This document shows, in pieces, positions 1-24,340 of a stretch of 64,000 nucleotides of DNA. The notes below the pieces were generated by a model. The model was given only the letters and a program-made list of their open reading frames with translations, ran no database searches and was not told the origin of the DNA. The stretch comes from the human T2T-CHM13v2.0 reference genome, Homo sapiens: assembly GCF_009914755.1 (NCBI RefSeq), contig NC_060929.1; one strand, 5' to 3'. Made by a program: the position numbers and the translations under genes. Position 1 is the first letter of the stretch, and every line of letters begins with the position of its first letter.

Positions 1-2089
1 TTTGTGATTAAAGTTGTTCAGTCATACAACTTAACTAGCATTCGGGATCATGATGTGTTATTCTCGTTAATGTGGCGGTAAAATATAGTGTTTGAGTTTT
101 GGCAAGCCACTTTATTTCCTCATTTTGATAGGGGCCCTAGCTTCTCTGGTGAGATAAGGCTATGAAAAATGGTGTGTGTGCGTGTTGGGGCAGGGGGTGG
201 TCTTTTGGAATGTAATAGATCAGCAAGCAGAAAGTAAATTTTCTTGATGAACTTGCTTTTGCAGATATAAACGGGAACGCAGTTTGTGAGATTTGGAAGT
301 AATGTTGTAGGCTTCCGATGTTCATTTTTCTTCCTATTGATCAACGGTGTTAGACTGTCCTTTTTCACTAATATACAAGCTTTATGGATTTTTTTTGTGG
401 ATGGCTTAGGCTTTGCTTCTGCTACTTGGGTTCATTTGCTTTGATTTTTCTTCATGCTGTATAAGAAACGTTACTAGGACATTTATAAGGCCTCAGTGGG
501 GCAAATTTGCAAAAAGATACTAAAAATTTAAGGGGATGGAATGATGATTAAGACTGGGATTTGGATCTCTATTCCTCTGCGCTTTCTTTAAAAGATGGCT
601 GGGATGGGAAAAGAAGTGTCCATTTCAGATTCATTCTACCACCTTGGAGGCAAAACATACTTAAGATCCACTATTATATGCATACTTTGACCGAAGGCCT
701 ACTTTGCCCTAGCTATTCATTGGGATTTTTTTCTGGTTCTTGCAGTGGTCGTCTCGTTTCCTCCATCAGATGAATTGCTAATGAGCTCTGCACCTGAAAT
801 GGCTCCCCATTCACTTTGTCGTTTGCTGTGCTCCCTAAGGGCAGAGGATTTTGGAGCTCACTTCCTTGCTGGACACCCACTAAGCTAAATACTGAATAAT
901 TTTACCACTGATCCCACGGAACTGGGTTCTCAAACCAAGTAAAAAGTTGCAGTGATTCTTGGAAATTAAAGCAAAGAACATTACAGCTGTGTTGAGGTCT
1001 TGCATAGGGCTGTGTGAATGTAGAAGCAAAGGCAGGTTTGTATTTTGAGAATACATTTATGCTTGTCTTACATGTATATCCAGGGACATAGATGAGAAAA
1101 CAGCCAGACCAAAACTCAGAGCCTTTAGATTTTTTCACCAGCTTGCAAAATTGTTCAAGAATTGGTATTTTGTTGAGGTTCTATTAATGACAATGACCAG
1201 TGTAGGATGAGAATGGGCCGTTTTCTTTTTTTCTCATTAAGAGAGATTTCCTTTGGACCGTAGGCATGTGGACCTTTCCAATTTGCACCACACACGGTAG
1301 TAAACACAACTGTCTTCCAATCAAAAGTGTTCTTCCCGTACTCAAGGGTGGAGTTTGCAAGCAGCTGGCCTGTGATTGGGCAGATTTTCATTCAGTTATG
1401 TTTACGATGTTTTCAGGCATGCTTGGTTTTGAGTAATGCCTAGCAGGGCGCCCCCTTTTAAGGATGAGTAATTGAGGGTTGGATGAATGAGTTTCTGAAG
1501 TGATTGAAAACACACTTCTTAATTTTAGATTCCACGAATACATCTCTTTCTAAATACTTTTTGATTCAGATATCCTATAAAATACAGTACTGATCCATTA
1601 AATGAAACCTTTTTTGGAAAACAGTAACAAAGCCAAGTGCTACCTTAAGGTGAGATGTGAAAAAAAGGAGTCAGGATCCTGTTGATTGAGAGTTTTGTTG
1701 ATAAGGTTCTCATAGGTGGACATCTTCACCAGCAGAAGCCATGCTGACAAATTACTCAGATGTTTAGCCAAGGCATGAAAACAGCTTTTCCCCCACTTTC
1801 TAGTGGAATAGTAATTTTATTTGTGTTTTAAAATGGGCCTTTTATTTTTTTAGAATTAGTTTATGGGTTGTATGCATTTATCTCTGGCTTTTCTTTCCTA
1901 ATCTGGTGTCCTCTTTGTGTTCCTAAATCATTATTGGCTCATGTAAGTTGCAGAGACCTTGGGACCGTCACGTATATGGGTATTGTAGATAAAACAGACC
2001 AAAAAAAGAAACCCATGGATTTTCCTTTTTTTGGTTATAAAAGCAAAGCTTGTAATTTGCAAAATGTCAAACAAAGGTTTACACAAGAA

Positions 2090-5825
<3,736 letters not shown>

Positions 5826-6737
5826 GGAATATTTTTGTAATTGGCAAGTGAGATGAGGGACCTAATTTGTTTTCTGCTGAGTGACCAGTTGTGGCAACAC
5901 TAATTTTTTTAGGTAAACCATTCTTTTCTTTCTGTAGGTGTAATTAAATGATGCTGTACATGTAGTATCACTTGGTTTTGAATGTGTATCATAGTTATCT
6001 CATGTATCCAGAAGTTACCAGAGAAGTGAAAGCATATCCGCCCTATTTTTTTTTATCCCTTAATCTTTCATCTCTCTTTCAAGGAAAGACGGATTCTAAA
6101 ATACTCCTTTCCTTTGATTAGAGATAATGTAATAATTGTAGCAATGTCTAGGCTAGTACTATGTTTCTTCTATCTGAGAGTCTTCCAGGAGGAGTGAAAG
6201 TGTATCTGCCTTCTGTTTTTACACCTCCCCACCGAACCTTTCCTCTGTCTCAGGGTGGGGTAGGTAGACTCTAAAATACCTCTCTATTTTGTTTCTAAAT
6301 AATGTAATAATTATAGTCAGGTTCAGGATAGTACTATATTTACCGTATTTCCAGTGTACAATTCGCTACCTATGGTCAAACATAGAATTTCAGCCCTAGT
6401 TGAAATGGGAGTTTGTGGTTTTAAAAATGTTTGTGTCCTTTCATTACTTACAATTCCAAAAGTTGAAACTCTGAGTGATACCTTGATACTTATGCTCTAT
6501 TTATTAATGTAAATAGAATATGTTTTTGTGATTCTGTGTATGGTTAGAGAACTTTAAATAAAAATGACATTGTACTTTTTGACATTAAGACTATATACTG
6601 TTTAATTGTGAGCCCGTCTAAGCACACTCATCATCTTAACTCTCCCCTTACAGCATCAGGTCTGTTTTTGAAACACTGAGCCATGGTTGAGTTTTTCAGA
6701 CACTCAAGCACTTTGTATAGTTGATTTTTTAAAAAAA

Positions 6738-6740
<3 letters not shown>

Positions 6741-6768
<28 letters not shown>
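6741..6768. repeat. (TG)14 microsatellite
   Basis: Read directly. Confidence 0.95.
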
Positions 6769-6771
<3 letters not shown>

Positions 6772-6807
6772 TTTAATAGTTCTATTTCTTTTTTTTTTTT
6801 TTTTTGA

Positions 6808-6909
<102 letters not shown>

Positions 6910-8250
6910 TGAGTAGCTGGGATTACAGGCAAGTAACTCGGATTACAGGTGCCTGCCACCACACCTGGCTAATTTTTGTAGTTTTAATAGAGACAGGGTT
7001 TTACCATGTTGGCCAGGCTGGTCTCGAACTCCTGACCGCAAGTGATCTGTCTGCCTTGGCCTCCCAAAGTGCTGGGATTACAGGCGTGAGCCACCACGCC
7101 CGGCCATTAATTTCCATTTGTTTCTAAGGGACTTGCTTCACTAACTCCCCACCTGCCAAGGGTTCATTCCCTTTTTTTTAAATACACAGCTTCCTGGGTC
7201 TCTTCTCCAACTTGTAGTTTATTTATTTAGTTCCCCTTCCACCAGCAGACTCAAAATGGTGGGTAAGAAACATGGCATTTTCCATTGTGATTTTCTTTGC
7301 AACAGCTGGGGTGGGTTCTATATAGGCTTTGCTTCCACAAGGCCTGGGGGATGCAACACCTGTTGATGCTTCTCAGTTTTCCACTGCCTTTGACAGGTTG
7401 GTGGTTTTTAAGCCCTTTCCACTGTACCATCCCTACTGCCCCTGGTGCGAAAGCATCATCTTTTGCTCTTGATCTCTAGGTGGGTAAAACCTGCCTGATT
7501 AGTAGTGATTCAGATAGTGTGACCTCCTTCAGTTTTCTAAGGGCTGAAACTCCTTTTTTTTTTTTCCTTTTTTCATGACTTCAGAGGTAATCAGGCTCTA
7601 GGGGACTGATTCTCTCTAACCAAACTCTGGAGACTGAATTGTAAATCCACATGCAAGGTTATTAATTTACAGTGGGAGGTATACCTATCCAGAGATCTGC
7701 ATAGAGCCCCTTCCTGCTCTGCTCTAGAGACCAAATTACTATAAGAAGGGTCCTTGATGTGCAAAGAATTGGACAAGGGAAATTGGGTGTTGCCAAAAGG
7801 CTGTTTAAAGCAAGCAGCCTTGATTTTGGTGATCCTTCACTTTTCTAGTATTTTCTGGCTTCCGTTGCTTTGTTCCTTCTTTAAACTTTTCTTTTAATGC
7901 TGTCATCCATTGAAATCCTATACAGAGAAAAGAAAGCCTGCTCATCCTTCAGGCCCATGCATCCTAGGAGCTACAAACCCTATAAAGCCTTTCTGATTCC
8001 CCAGCATGTTGTTTTTATTCTTTGTTCCTTTAGCACTTTGTGGATACCACTTTTTGGAATATTTATTGTAGTTTTTCTTGTTATAGATATGTGTAGCAAG
8101 ATGTATAGCTTGTGAAGAAGTTCAGGAAACGCCACCCCAAAATATGCTGCATTGGATCTCAAACTGAAGGCACTTGGGGAGCAGCAGATGGAGGGCTGTC
8201 TCTGAACTTACTTCATCTACCTAAAGACACATCCTCCAAAAGGAACTCTA

Positions 8251-8614
<364 letters not shown>

Positions 8615-8761
8615 TCACATGCAGAAAGACAGCCTTAGCTGTCACCTGTTCTTCTGAGGGCCCATTGATTTTTTTTTCCCAAAAATCATTAAGTCGGGTG
8701 CAGTGGTGTGCACCTATAGGGAGGATCACTTGAGCCCAGGATATATATATACATATATGTG

Positions 8762-8764
<3 letters not shown>

Positions 8765-8794
<30 letters not shown>
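8765..8794. repeat. (AC)15 microsatellite preceded by a TA-rich run
   Basis: Read directly. Confidence 0.95.
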
Positions 8795-8797
<3 letters not shown>

Positions 8798-8954
8798 ATC
8801 TTAAGTGAATAGTGTATGTGGTTTACTCTCCCCTAAGTTGCCTATAAGAAATATAGAAATATAATTATTTCTATGGTTTTGTTATATAATTATTTCTATA
8901 ATTTTATTATATAATTTTTCTATAATTTTATAGTATAATTATATAATTATTTCT

Positions 8955-9100
8955 TTTTTATATACTTTAAATTTTAGGGTACATGTGCACAACGTGCAGG
9001 TTTGTTACATATGTATACATGTGCCATGTTGGTGTGCTGCACCCATTAACTCATTTACATTAGGTATATCTCCTAATGCTATCCCTCCCCTCTCCCCCCA
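8955..9100 (-). mobile_element. Very short L1PA 3' fragment (~145 bp), TSD ATAATTATTTCT, within an AT-rich low-complexity tract
   Basis: Reverse L1PA 3' end; direct repeats at 8943-8954 and 9101-9112. Confidence 0.85.
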
Positions 9101-9715
9101 ATAATTATTTCTATAATTTTATATGATAATTATATAATTATATAAAACATATTTCTATAATTTCTATAGAAATATAAGAAAACTTCTCAGTCTCACTGGG
9201 TTCTGGGTATTTACTTTTCCTTGTTGTGATGCCCCTTACATGTAACAAATTTGTATTATTTTTCTTTCCTTAAACTGCTGACTGTTTATTTCAATCACCT
9301 AACCCTCAGAAGGTAGAGGGAAAGTCTTCCATCCTCCACACTTGCTTATCTATTCTACTAGATAGTAAATTCATGGAGGTCAGGAAACACGGATTTTTCT
9401 GTTTTTTCTCTTCTATTCCCTGACCACTCTGTCTAAAAAAAGTAGAACATTTTGAAGCCCCTATTAGGCTGATGTTCACTTCCGATTTATTACGGAATTT
9501 CTACTCCGTGGCCCCGTTGTCTTTATAATCTTTAAATTTTTTCTTTTACATGTTTTTATTGATACGGACTCACTGTTAATTTTTTCATCTTGATATTGGA
9601 GTCACATTTGGGACTCCAATCCAAGGTACACTGGCCCTTAGTTTTGTGATTTGCATCTGGGTTGTTTTCTTAGATTTGAAGCATTTGGTGTTTTCTTTCT
9701 CTGATTCTAAAGTAA

Positions 9716-14750
<5,035 letters not shown>

Positions 14751-16049
14751 TGAAATGATTCTTTACTTTGTATGCTCTAACTCTTTCATTTTTGTAGCCA
14801 GGAAGCGAAGTACAGTCCTGGGCCAGAAATAAGCTTCACTCTTGGGGGAATATGTTTACATATATCCATAGTCCATATTTACATATATCTACATTCCATA
14901 TTGCTCTCAAAACAAATTCATATTATCAGATTGGAGCTGTCATTTGATCCCAGAATGTGTAGTACAGGGTTGTTTCAGATTTAACACTTTATTCCATGTC
15001 CTTTGCTCAAGTAAGGTAAGAGATAATTGCCCTTAAATTAGGTAAAATGTAACTCCCAAATATTTTAGCTTTTTCTAATGTTTTTAGGTATGCGATAATA
15101 GTATTGAATTCTTGAATATTAACTTTTTAAATATTCAAGTTCTTATGTACAAAGAATAAAAATCATTACAGCTTTAGCCCAGTGACTTATTTTAGTGTTG
15201 TTCTTGTATTTGTGTGTTGCTATAACTTAGAATGTTATGATTCCTATGTTGATTTTTAAAGTGGTTGGCAGTTTAGAACTATACATCATGGCACCTAGCC
15301 ATACACCATGGCACCTAGGTTACCATGGAACCTCAACCTCTGGTTTTCTGAGGACACCTGGTAGAGTACTGTGTCACTCAGGGTCAGATCCAGTCTGGGC
15401 ATTGAACATTCCAGACTGCTTTTCATGGTTTGCAAGGTCTTGTCTGTCCTCCAGCCGTTGTATCCTCCTGACATCAGTTCATCTTTGTGATGGTAGCACT
15501 TCTCTTCTCTGGTTCAAAATTGAAGTCATTTTTTAATTCTCCCGTACTCCTACATTCAGCCAGTCATCAAGCTTTGTGATAGGGCTCTTGGATTCTCATA
15601 AGCACAAGTCACTTCCTTCCTCATGTTATTACCCCCAACTCTGGGTCATGTAAGAACACTCCCTACTACTCCCCCACCGTATACACACACAAAAAACCTT
15701 TTAATGATAGTTGCACGCACACACCCACACCTCCCGTTGACAGCTGGATGAAGCCCCAATCTTTTATCCAAGTGTTCAAGATCTTCCACATCTACTCCTA
15801 GCGTTTTTAGCCTCATTGGCTACTGCTTCCTTCCGACAGTGTGTTAAATAGGTCCTGACCATCCCAGAGCTTAACTGGGGCTTTTGTTGTCCTCAGCCTC
15901 TATCAGTTCCTCTGCACATCTGAAGTGATCTTATGCCTCTGAATACCCACCATACCTTATTTTACCCTATTTCTGTTTATCCTGTGACATACTATTGCCC
16001 AAATAGTGCTTTATAATCAACCAAAGTGCTTAGAATCTGTTCCTTTATT

Positions 16050-16220
16050 TAATTTTCACAACCAGTCCATGAGGTAAGAAAGATGTGTCATATCACACAA
16101 GAGGAAACTAAGATTTGAGGAAGGAAAAGTAAGTTGTCTAAGTTTTGCAAGAGAGTGGAACTGAGACACTAATCCAGGCCTCCTGGAACATGAGCTCCAA
16201 GCTTTGTACGTTATGCTGCC
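16050..16220 (-). mobile_element. MIR
   Basis: gaggaaactaag...aagtaagttgtctaag = reverse MIR core. Confidence 0.65.
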
Positions 16221-16987
16221 TTTCTTGGTGCCGGAGTCTGCACTTAAATGTAAGTTTGAATATATCTCTCTCTTTCCAGTTGCTTGTAAGTTACTTGAAG
16301 GCAGGGGCTATGTCTTATTCCCCTACAACATGTATGTATGAATGAGCCTATTTATATATTAAATATAGTACAGTTCAGTGTTCTGTCCTTTTTCTTAGTA
16401 AAAATCATGCTTCTCTCTGAGCCTTGCATCTCCATCTTTTTATTAAGTAGAAATGAAGCTTACTTTTCTCATTGCTAATTTCTTTGTTGGAGTATTACAG
16501 ATAATAGAGCTAGAACTTTATAATGAATTTAACTTCTGGGATAACTTTTTAGCAATGCAGTTCACAAGTATTTGTTGCCTGTGAAGAGATTAAACCGATA
16601 GCTAGGCTACTGAGCTATGGTTCCATACTTTCCAAGTATAAATTTCCTGAATTTTCATATCATTATAATTTTTATGTTGGTTACTTGAGAACATGTATAC
16701 AAACAAAAAAAAAGCCATTGTGAATTCAGTAATATTTTCCTTCATATTTTTTCCACTGTGGTAAAATACACATAAAATTTTATTAAGTTTTTAATGGATT
16801 TGAATTTTATTAATTACATCATCTACATGTATTTGAAAAATCATAGCACATACATCTGCAAGACCTGGCATTCACTCTACAGGAAATGCCTGGTGCCCCT
16901 AGTACTTACAGATCCTCCTGGTAACTCCACAGTTGCCAGTTGGGAGTCACATGTGTGGGGATTCTAATACTGTCCTGCATTACTTAG

Positions 16988-17143
<156 letters not shown>

Positions 17144-18126
17144 TAGCTGGAATTATAGGTGCCCACCATCATACCCAGCTAATTTTTGTATTTTTAGTAG
17201 AGACAGGGTTTCACCATCTTGGCCAAGTTGGTCGTGAACTCCTGACCTTGTGATCCACCCGCCTCGGCCTCCCAAAGTTCTGGGATGGCAGGCATGAGCC
17301 CCCGTGCCTGGCCGCATATGTAGCTTTTGATGCTGTGTCCACTCATCTTCAGAAGTCAGAATTTATATAGAAAGTCAAAGCTGGGGCCAGCCAGGGTAGC
17401 TCACGCCTGTAATCCCAGCACTTTGTGAGGCTGAGGCAGGAAGATTGCTTGGCTCCAGGAGTTTGAGACCAGCCTGGGCAACATAGTGAGACCCTGTCTC
17501 TACAAATAATCAAAAATTACCTGGACATGGTAGTGTGTGCCTGTAGTCTCAGCTACCCAGGAGGCTGAGGGAGAATTGCTTGAGCCTAGGAAGTCGAGGC
17601 TGTAGTGAGCCATGATTGTGCCACAACACTCAGTTTGGGCAACAAAGTGAGACCCTGTCTCAAAAAAAAAAAAAAAAAAGTCAAATCTAAGCATAATATT
17701 TATTAGAAAAATGTAGCTTCATTTAATGTAATCTGCTTTCAGAGCTGTATAAATACAGTGCCTACTTAAGTATATTTCAAGAAGTGGAGTATCTGTTCAG
17801 GGAAGAAGAAAGCATTGTTGTGACTACAGCAAGTGTCTGCTAACAGATGTGAGATTACTGCTGACTGTTGCACTTAAGAATCCACATGCAGCTGGGTGTG
17901 GTGGCTCATACCTGTAATCCCAACACTTTGGGAGGTCAGGGTAGGAGGATCACTTGAGCCCAGAAGTTCAAGACTGGCCTGGGTAACACAGCAAGACCCT
18001 ATCTCTACCGAAATAATTAATTTTAATTTAATTTTAAATTTTAAAAAAGGCTGGGCACGGTGGCTCATGCCTGCAATCCCAGACTTTGTGAGTCTGAGGT
18101 GTACAGATCCCTTGTTCAGGAGTTCA

Positions 18127-18325
<199 letters not shown>

Positions 18326-18880
18326 TCAATCAGTCAATAGAATCCACACGCAGGAATGGGAGGGCAATGTTTTTCAGCATTTTATCTTTTTGAATTTTTG
18401 CCATATGCATACATCACCTATTCAAAAAATAATTAAAAGTTCACAGTCATTTCAATAGAAGTATTAAAAATGTCTTCCTATTGGATTATGAGCTTTTTGA
18501 GACCAAGAAGTATGCCAGATTCCTTTCTGTATTCCTGAACCTAGTATAGTACCTTATATATGGTAAGCCCTCAGCTAGTATGTGTAGATACGAATTAGAA
18601 ACTAAGAGTTGCAAATTTCAGTAGGGACATGACTAAAAATTACTGAATGACTGTGAATAGTTCATGCCTCCTTAACTCTGTTCCTCCTCTTCAGAATGTG
18701 GCTGAGACCAGCTTCCTGGCTCTGAAGATCAGCTATTATTGACACCCATTAAAATAACTTAAACACAAGTTAGAATTATTCCTAGTCAGTTGTTCAAAAC
18801 AGTGGGGTTTATGTTCATTTATAAGTATAGTGTGAGATTTTTCCAAGTGTGACTTCCAAACTGCTTTTTATCTCTTGCAG

Positions 18881-19048
18881 ATCTTTGTAGAATTTGATGG
18901 CTGTAACTGGAAGCAACACTCCTGGGTAAAAGTTCATGCTGAGGAAGTTATTGTGCTTCTGCTGGAAGGGTCTCTTGTATGGGCGCCCCGTGAGGACCCA
19001 GTCCTTCTCCAGGGCATTCGAGTCTCCATTGCACAATGGCCAGCCCTG
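18881..19048 (+). CDS. KDM3B: KDM3B coding exon 2 (168 nt, phase 0-0), [16 protein letters not shown]...AQWPAL
   Basis: Pyrimidine tract + ttgcag acceptor, ctg|gtgagt donor; translation matches the KDM3B N-terminal region as recalled; ORF 18875..19102 overlaps. Confidence 0.96.
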
Positions 19049-19404
19049 GTGAGTGGCTTTTACTGGGTGGGAACATGTCTGAGCTTTACTCCTATAATAT
19101 AACTATGACATGTTAGGGACAGAGTATGTGTAAGAACTACATACTTTGTCCTTAACGTACATTTATTCTGAAGTTACTAATGCAAAAATTAGGAGCAGTC
19201 TTTTCTCCTTTGTCCTCCAAAATGTTTTATATTAGGTGATATTTGATATGAAAGAATTTTTTTGGCCAGACGCGGTGGCTCACGCCTTGTAATCCCAGCA
19301 CTTTGGGAGGCTGAAGCAGGAAGATCCCTTAAGCTCAGGAGTTTGAGATCACCCTGGGTAACATGCCAAAACCCCATCTCTACAAAAAATACAAAAATTA
19401 GCTA

Positions 19405-19668
<264 letters not shown>

Positions 19669-20140
19669 TTATAAAATTTATTTTATTTTTTGAGACAGGG
19701 TCTGGCTCTGTCACTCAGGCTGGAATGCAGTGGTGCAATCAGAGCTCGGTGCAATCAGAGCTCACCGCAACCTCTGACCCCCAGGCTTAAGCCATCCTCC
19801 CACCTCAGCCTCCCAAGTAGCTGGGACTACAGACGCACAGCACGGCACCCAGCCTAATTTTTGTATTTTTTTGTAGGGATGGTTGCTCATCATGTTGCCT
19901 AGGCTGGTCTTGAACTCCTGGTCTCAAGCAGTCCACCTGCTTCAGCCTCCCAAAGTGCTGGGATTATAGGCATGAGCCACTGTGCCTGGCTGTGTGTTAT
20001 AAAATTTAATTGTGAGAGTATCCATTTGTTTCTGTCTGTCTTATTAGCAAAGTATAGGTATAAATGGTAACTTCTAAAAAATCCTGATTTTCATGTGGCT
20101 AACCAAATTAAATAAATAATATTCAAAACAATTTTTTTAA

Positions 20141-20419
<279 letters not shown>

Positions 20420-21272
20420 TGAACTCCTAACCTCAGGTGAGCCACTACGCCCAGCCGTTTCATTTGTTTTTGTTGTTGTTGTTGTTAAGATGGAGTTTCG
20501 TTCTTGTTGCTCAGGCTGGAGTGCAATGGCTCGATCTCGGCTCACCACCCCGCCTCCCAGGTTCAAGCAATTCTCCTGCCTCAGCCTCCCGAGTAACTGG
20601 GATTACAGGCGCCCACCACCACTCCCGGCTTATTTTTTGTATTTTTAGTAGAGACAGGGTTTCACTGCATTAGCCAAGATGGTCTCGATCTCCTGACCTC
20701 GTGATCCACCCGCCTCGGCCTCCCAAAGTGCTGGGATTACAGGCGTAGCCACTGCGCCCGGCTTCTCATTTGTTTTTAAGGCCACTTTCCAGTTGAACTT
20801 TTAGGAGAAGCTCTTGTATAATAAGTGCATGTGAGGTCTCTTCATGACTTTTTTATAGGCTATTTATTTATGAAATGGTAATATGAATTAACCATGCATA
20901 TTTATGCTGTTAATTATTTTATAAATTTCACAAAGATTTCAAGAGTTCTGAGATGATAACAGTATAACTCTTTATTCTGGGAATTTACTATAATTTAGCT
21001 CCCTTGAAGCCTAATAAGATTAGCCTGATCCCTAGGCAGAATTAGGAGAATTTCTGATTCCTCTTGTCCTTTTTAGCCAATAAGAGTATTGAGCTGACTT
21101 TCTGCATTAGTTAGCTTCCCATGACTATTTGAGGGGTAGATGCTAGGTTGGGAATGTTTCCAAGGACTTATGCTTTAGCTTATCTGTATTTACTGGGATG
21201 AAAGATATAATAATTATTTCTTTGAAGTTAGAGATTTGTTTGAATTGCTGTTTTTTTATTCCCAAGTTCTAA

Positions 21273-21821
<549 letters not shown>

Positions 21822-21868
21822 TGATCCGCCCGCCTCGGCCTCCCAAAGTGCTGGGATTACAGGCGTGA

Positions 21869-22096
<228 letters not shown>

Positions 22097-22190
22097 TAGT
22101 CTCGAACTCCTGACTTCAGGTGATCCACCTGCCTTGGCCTCCCAAAGTGCTGGGATTACAGGTGTGATCAACCACGCCTGGCATTTTTAA

Positions 22191-22497
<307 letters not shown>

Positions 22498-22723
22498 TAA
22501 AGTTTTTCTGCTCCCTTGCAAAGTACTTTTGGTGGCTGAGGCTTCTTTCTTCTACACAGCCCCACCCTACCTTAAAACCGCCCAAGATTTAAGAACACAA
22601 TTCTGAGTCCCTTCAGAAGAGGTGGCTTCGGCCAGGCGCGGTGGCTCACGCCTGTAATCTCAGCACTTTGGGAGGCCGAGACGGGCGGATCATGAGGTCA
22701 GGGGATCGAGACCATCCTGGCTA

Positions 22724-22994
<271 letters not shown>

Positions 22995-23244
22995 TCATTA
23001 TTGACATCCAGGAGTTTGGACTGGTTCCAAGCAGCATGAAGTATCATAGTTACAAAGAAAAGGGACAAGTTAATAGTTAAAACAAACCAGCGTCTGAGTT
23101 ATAGTTTCAGAATTTAGGGAAATGTATTTATTTTTCACTTGTAAGGGTTGCTGTCTGCAGGAAGAAAATTAGGAGACTCCTGAGTTTTACTGTCTTACTG
23201 AGACAGACCAGAGCAGTTATTTCCTAAACTGTCTTCTGTGAGAT

Positions 23245-23332
23245 GTTAATTATGATTTCTTTGTTGATATGTCTTCCCCGCTCGTTAGGTTAATGATGAT
23301 TTCTTTGTTGATATGTCTTCCTCGCTCGTTAG
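23245..23332. repeat. 44-bp tandem duplication (2 copies, 2 mismatches)
   Basis: gttaattatgatttctttgttgatatgtcttccccgctcgttag / gttaatgatgatttctttgttgatatgtcttcctcgctcgttag. Confidence 0.95.
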
Positions 23333-23439
23333 GCCTCATTCCCTCTCAGCAACCTTGCTTTATTCATATTTATAATCCTAGTGCTTTATGAGATAGCACT
23401 TAGTAAATGTTGGATAAATACTGAAATAAGCAAAAAGAT

Positions 23440-23835
23440 TTGCGAGGAATACAATGTTTTATGGTCAGATAAGTATGAGAAACACTGGCCTAAATAAGTT
23501 TCTTTCCTGTGTGACTTCTCAGAGCCTTTAATAGCCTATTGTATGTAGAAAGATACATAATATTTCCTAATCCTAATTGATCCTAGCATTCTTAATTTTT
23601 GCAGAACATCTCATGAGAATAGAGTTCTCTTTTTTTGTTGTTCACAAGAGACAGGGTCTTGTTCTGTCACCTAGGCTGGAATGCAATGGCGCAGCCATAC
23701 CTCACTGCAGCCTCAAACTCCTGGGTTCAAGCGATCCTCCTGCCTTGGCCTCCCAAAGTACTAAGATTACAGGCATGATCACCACGCCTAGCCTGAGACT
23801 AAGGTTCTATAGATATTGTTTGGCAAATGTTGATA
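23440..23835. mobile_element. hAT-Charlie MITE remnant (MER103-like) interrupted by an Alu monomer
   Basis: agtttctttcctgtgtgacttctcagagcctttaatag resembles the MER103 core as recalled. Confidence 0.5.
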
Positions 23836-23893
23836 TACAGCTCCTTAGGATATGATTTTTCTCAGCTGATTAGATGTTTGCTATTCATTTTAA

Positions 23894-24043
<150 letters not shown>

Positions 24044-24253
24044 TAGTCTTCTGTCCCTGAACTCTGATTCAGGTGAATGATCACTGTTGAGTGATAGTAT
24101 GGAATCCCATGCAACCTTAAACATTTGTACTTATCTCCTTTTTGTGGGCAGAGTCAGATGCCACATGAAAGATAATAATTATTATTTATTAAAAAATAAA
24201 AATAAAGAGTATCTTCAGTTAGCTGGATCTCTAAAATAGAGATCTCATTCTCT

Positions 24254-24340
24254 CTCCATCACTCACTCGTCTTATGGAGGTGTCTGTAACAGAGGTGAGA
24301 CTGTGTTATTCTGTCTAAGGTCCATCCATCCCCTTAAAGA
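24254..24340 (+). repeat. Local duplicate of the KDM3B exon 5 3' end, its donor site and the start of intron 5 (source 25879-25963)
   Basis: Direct alignment: one 4-nt duplication, one substitution and one 2-nt deletion over ~85 nt. Confidence 0.95.

Noticed and set aside
23293-23424. Possible C/D-box snoRNA (ATGATGA ... CTGA)
   Set aside because: The C-box appears in only one copy of a tandem duplication; no terminal stem or guide element is recognisable
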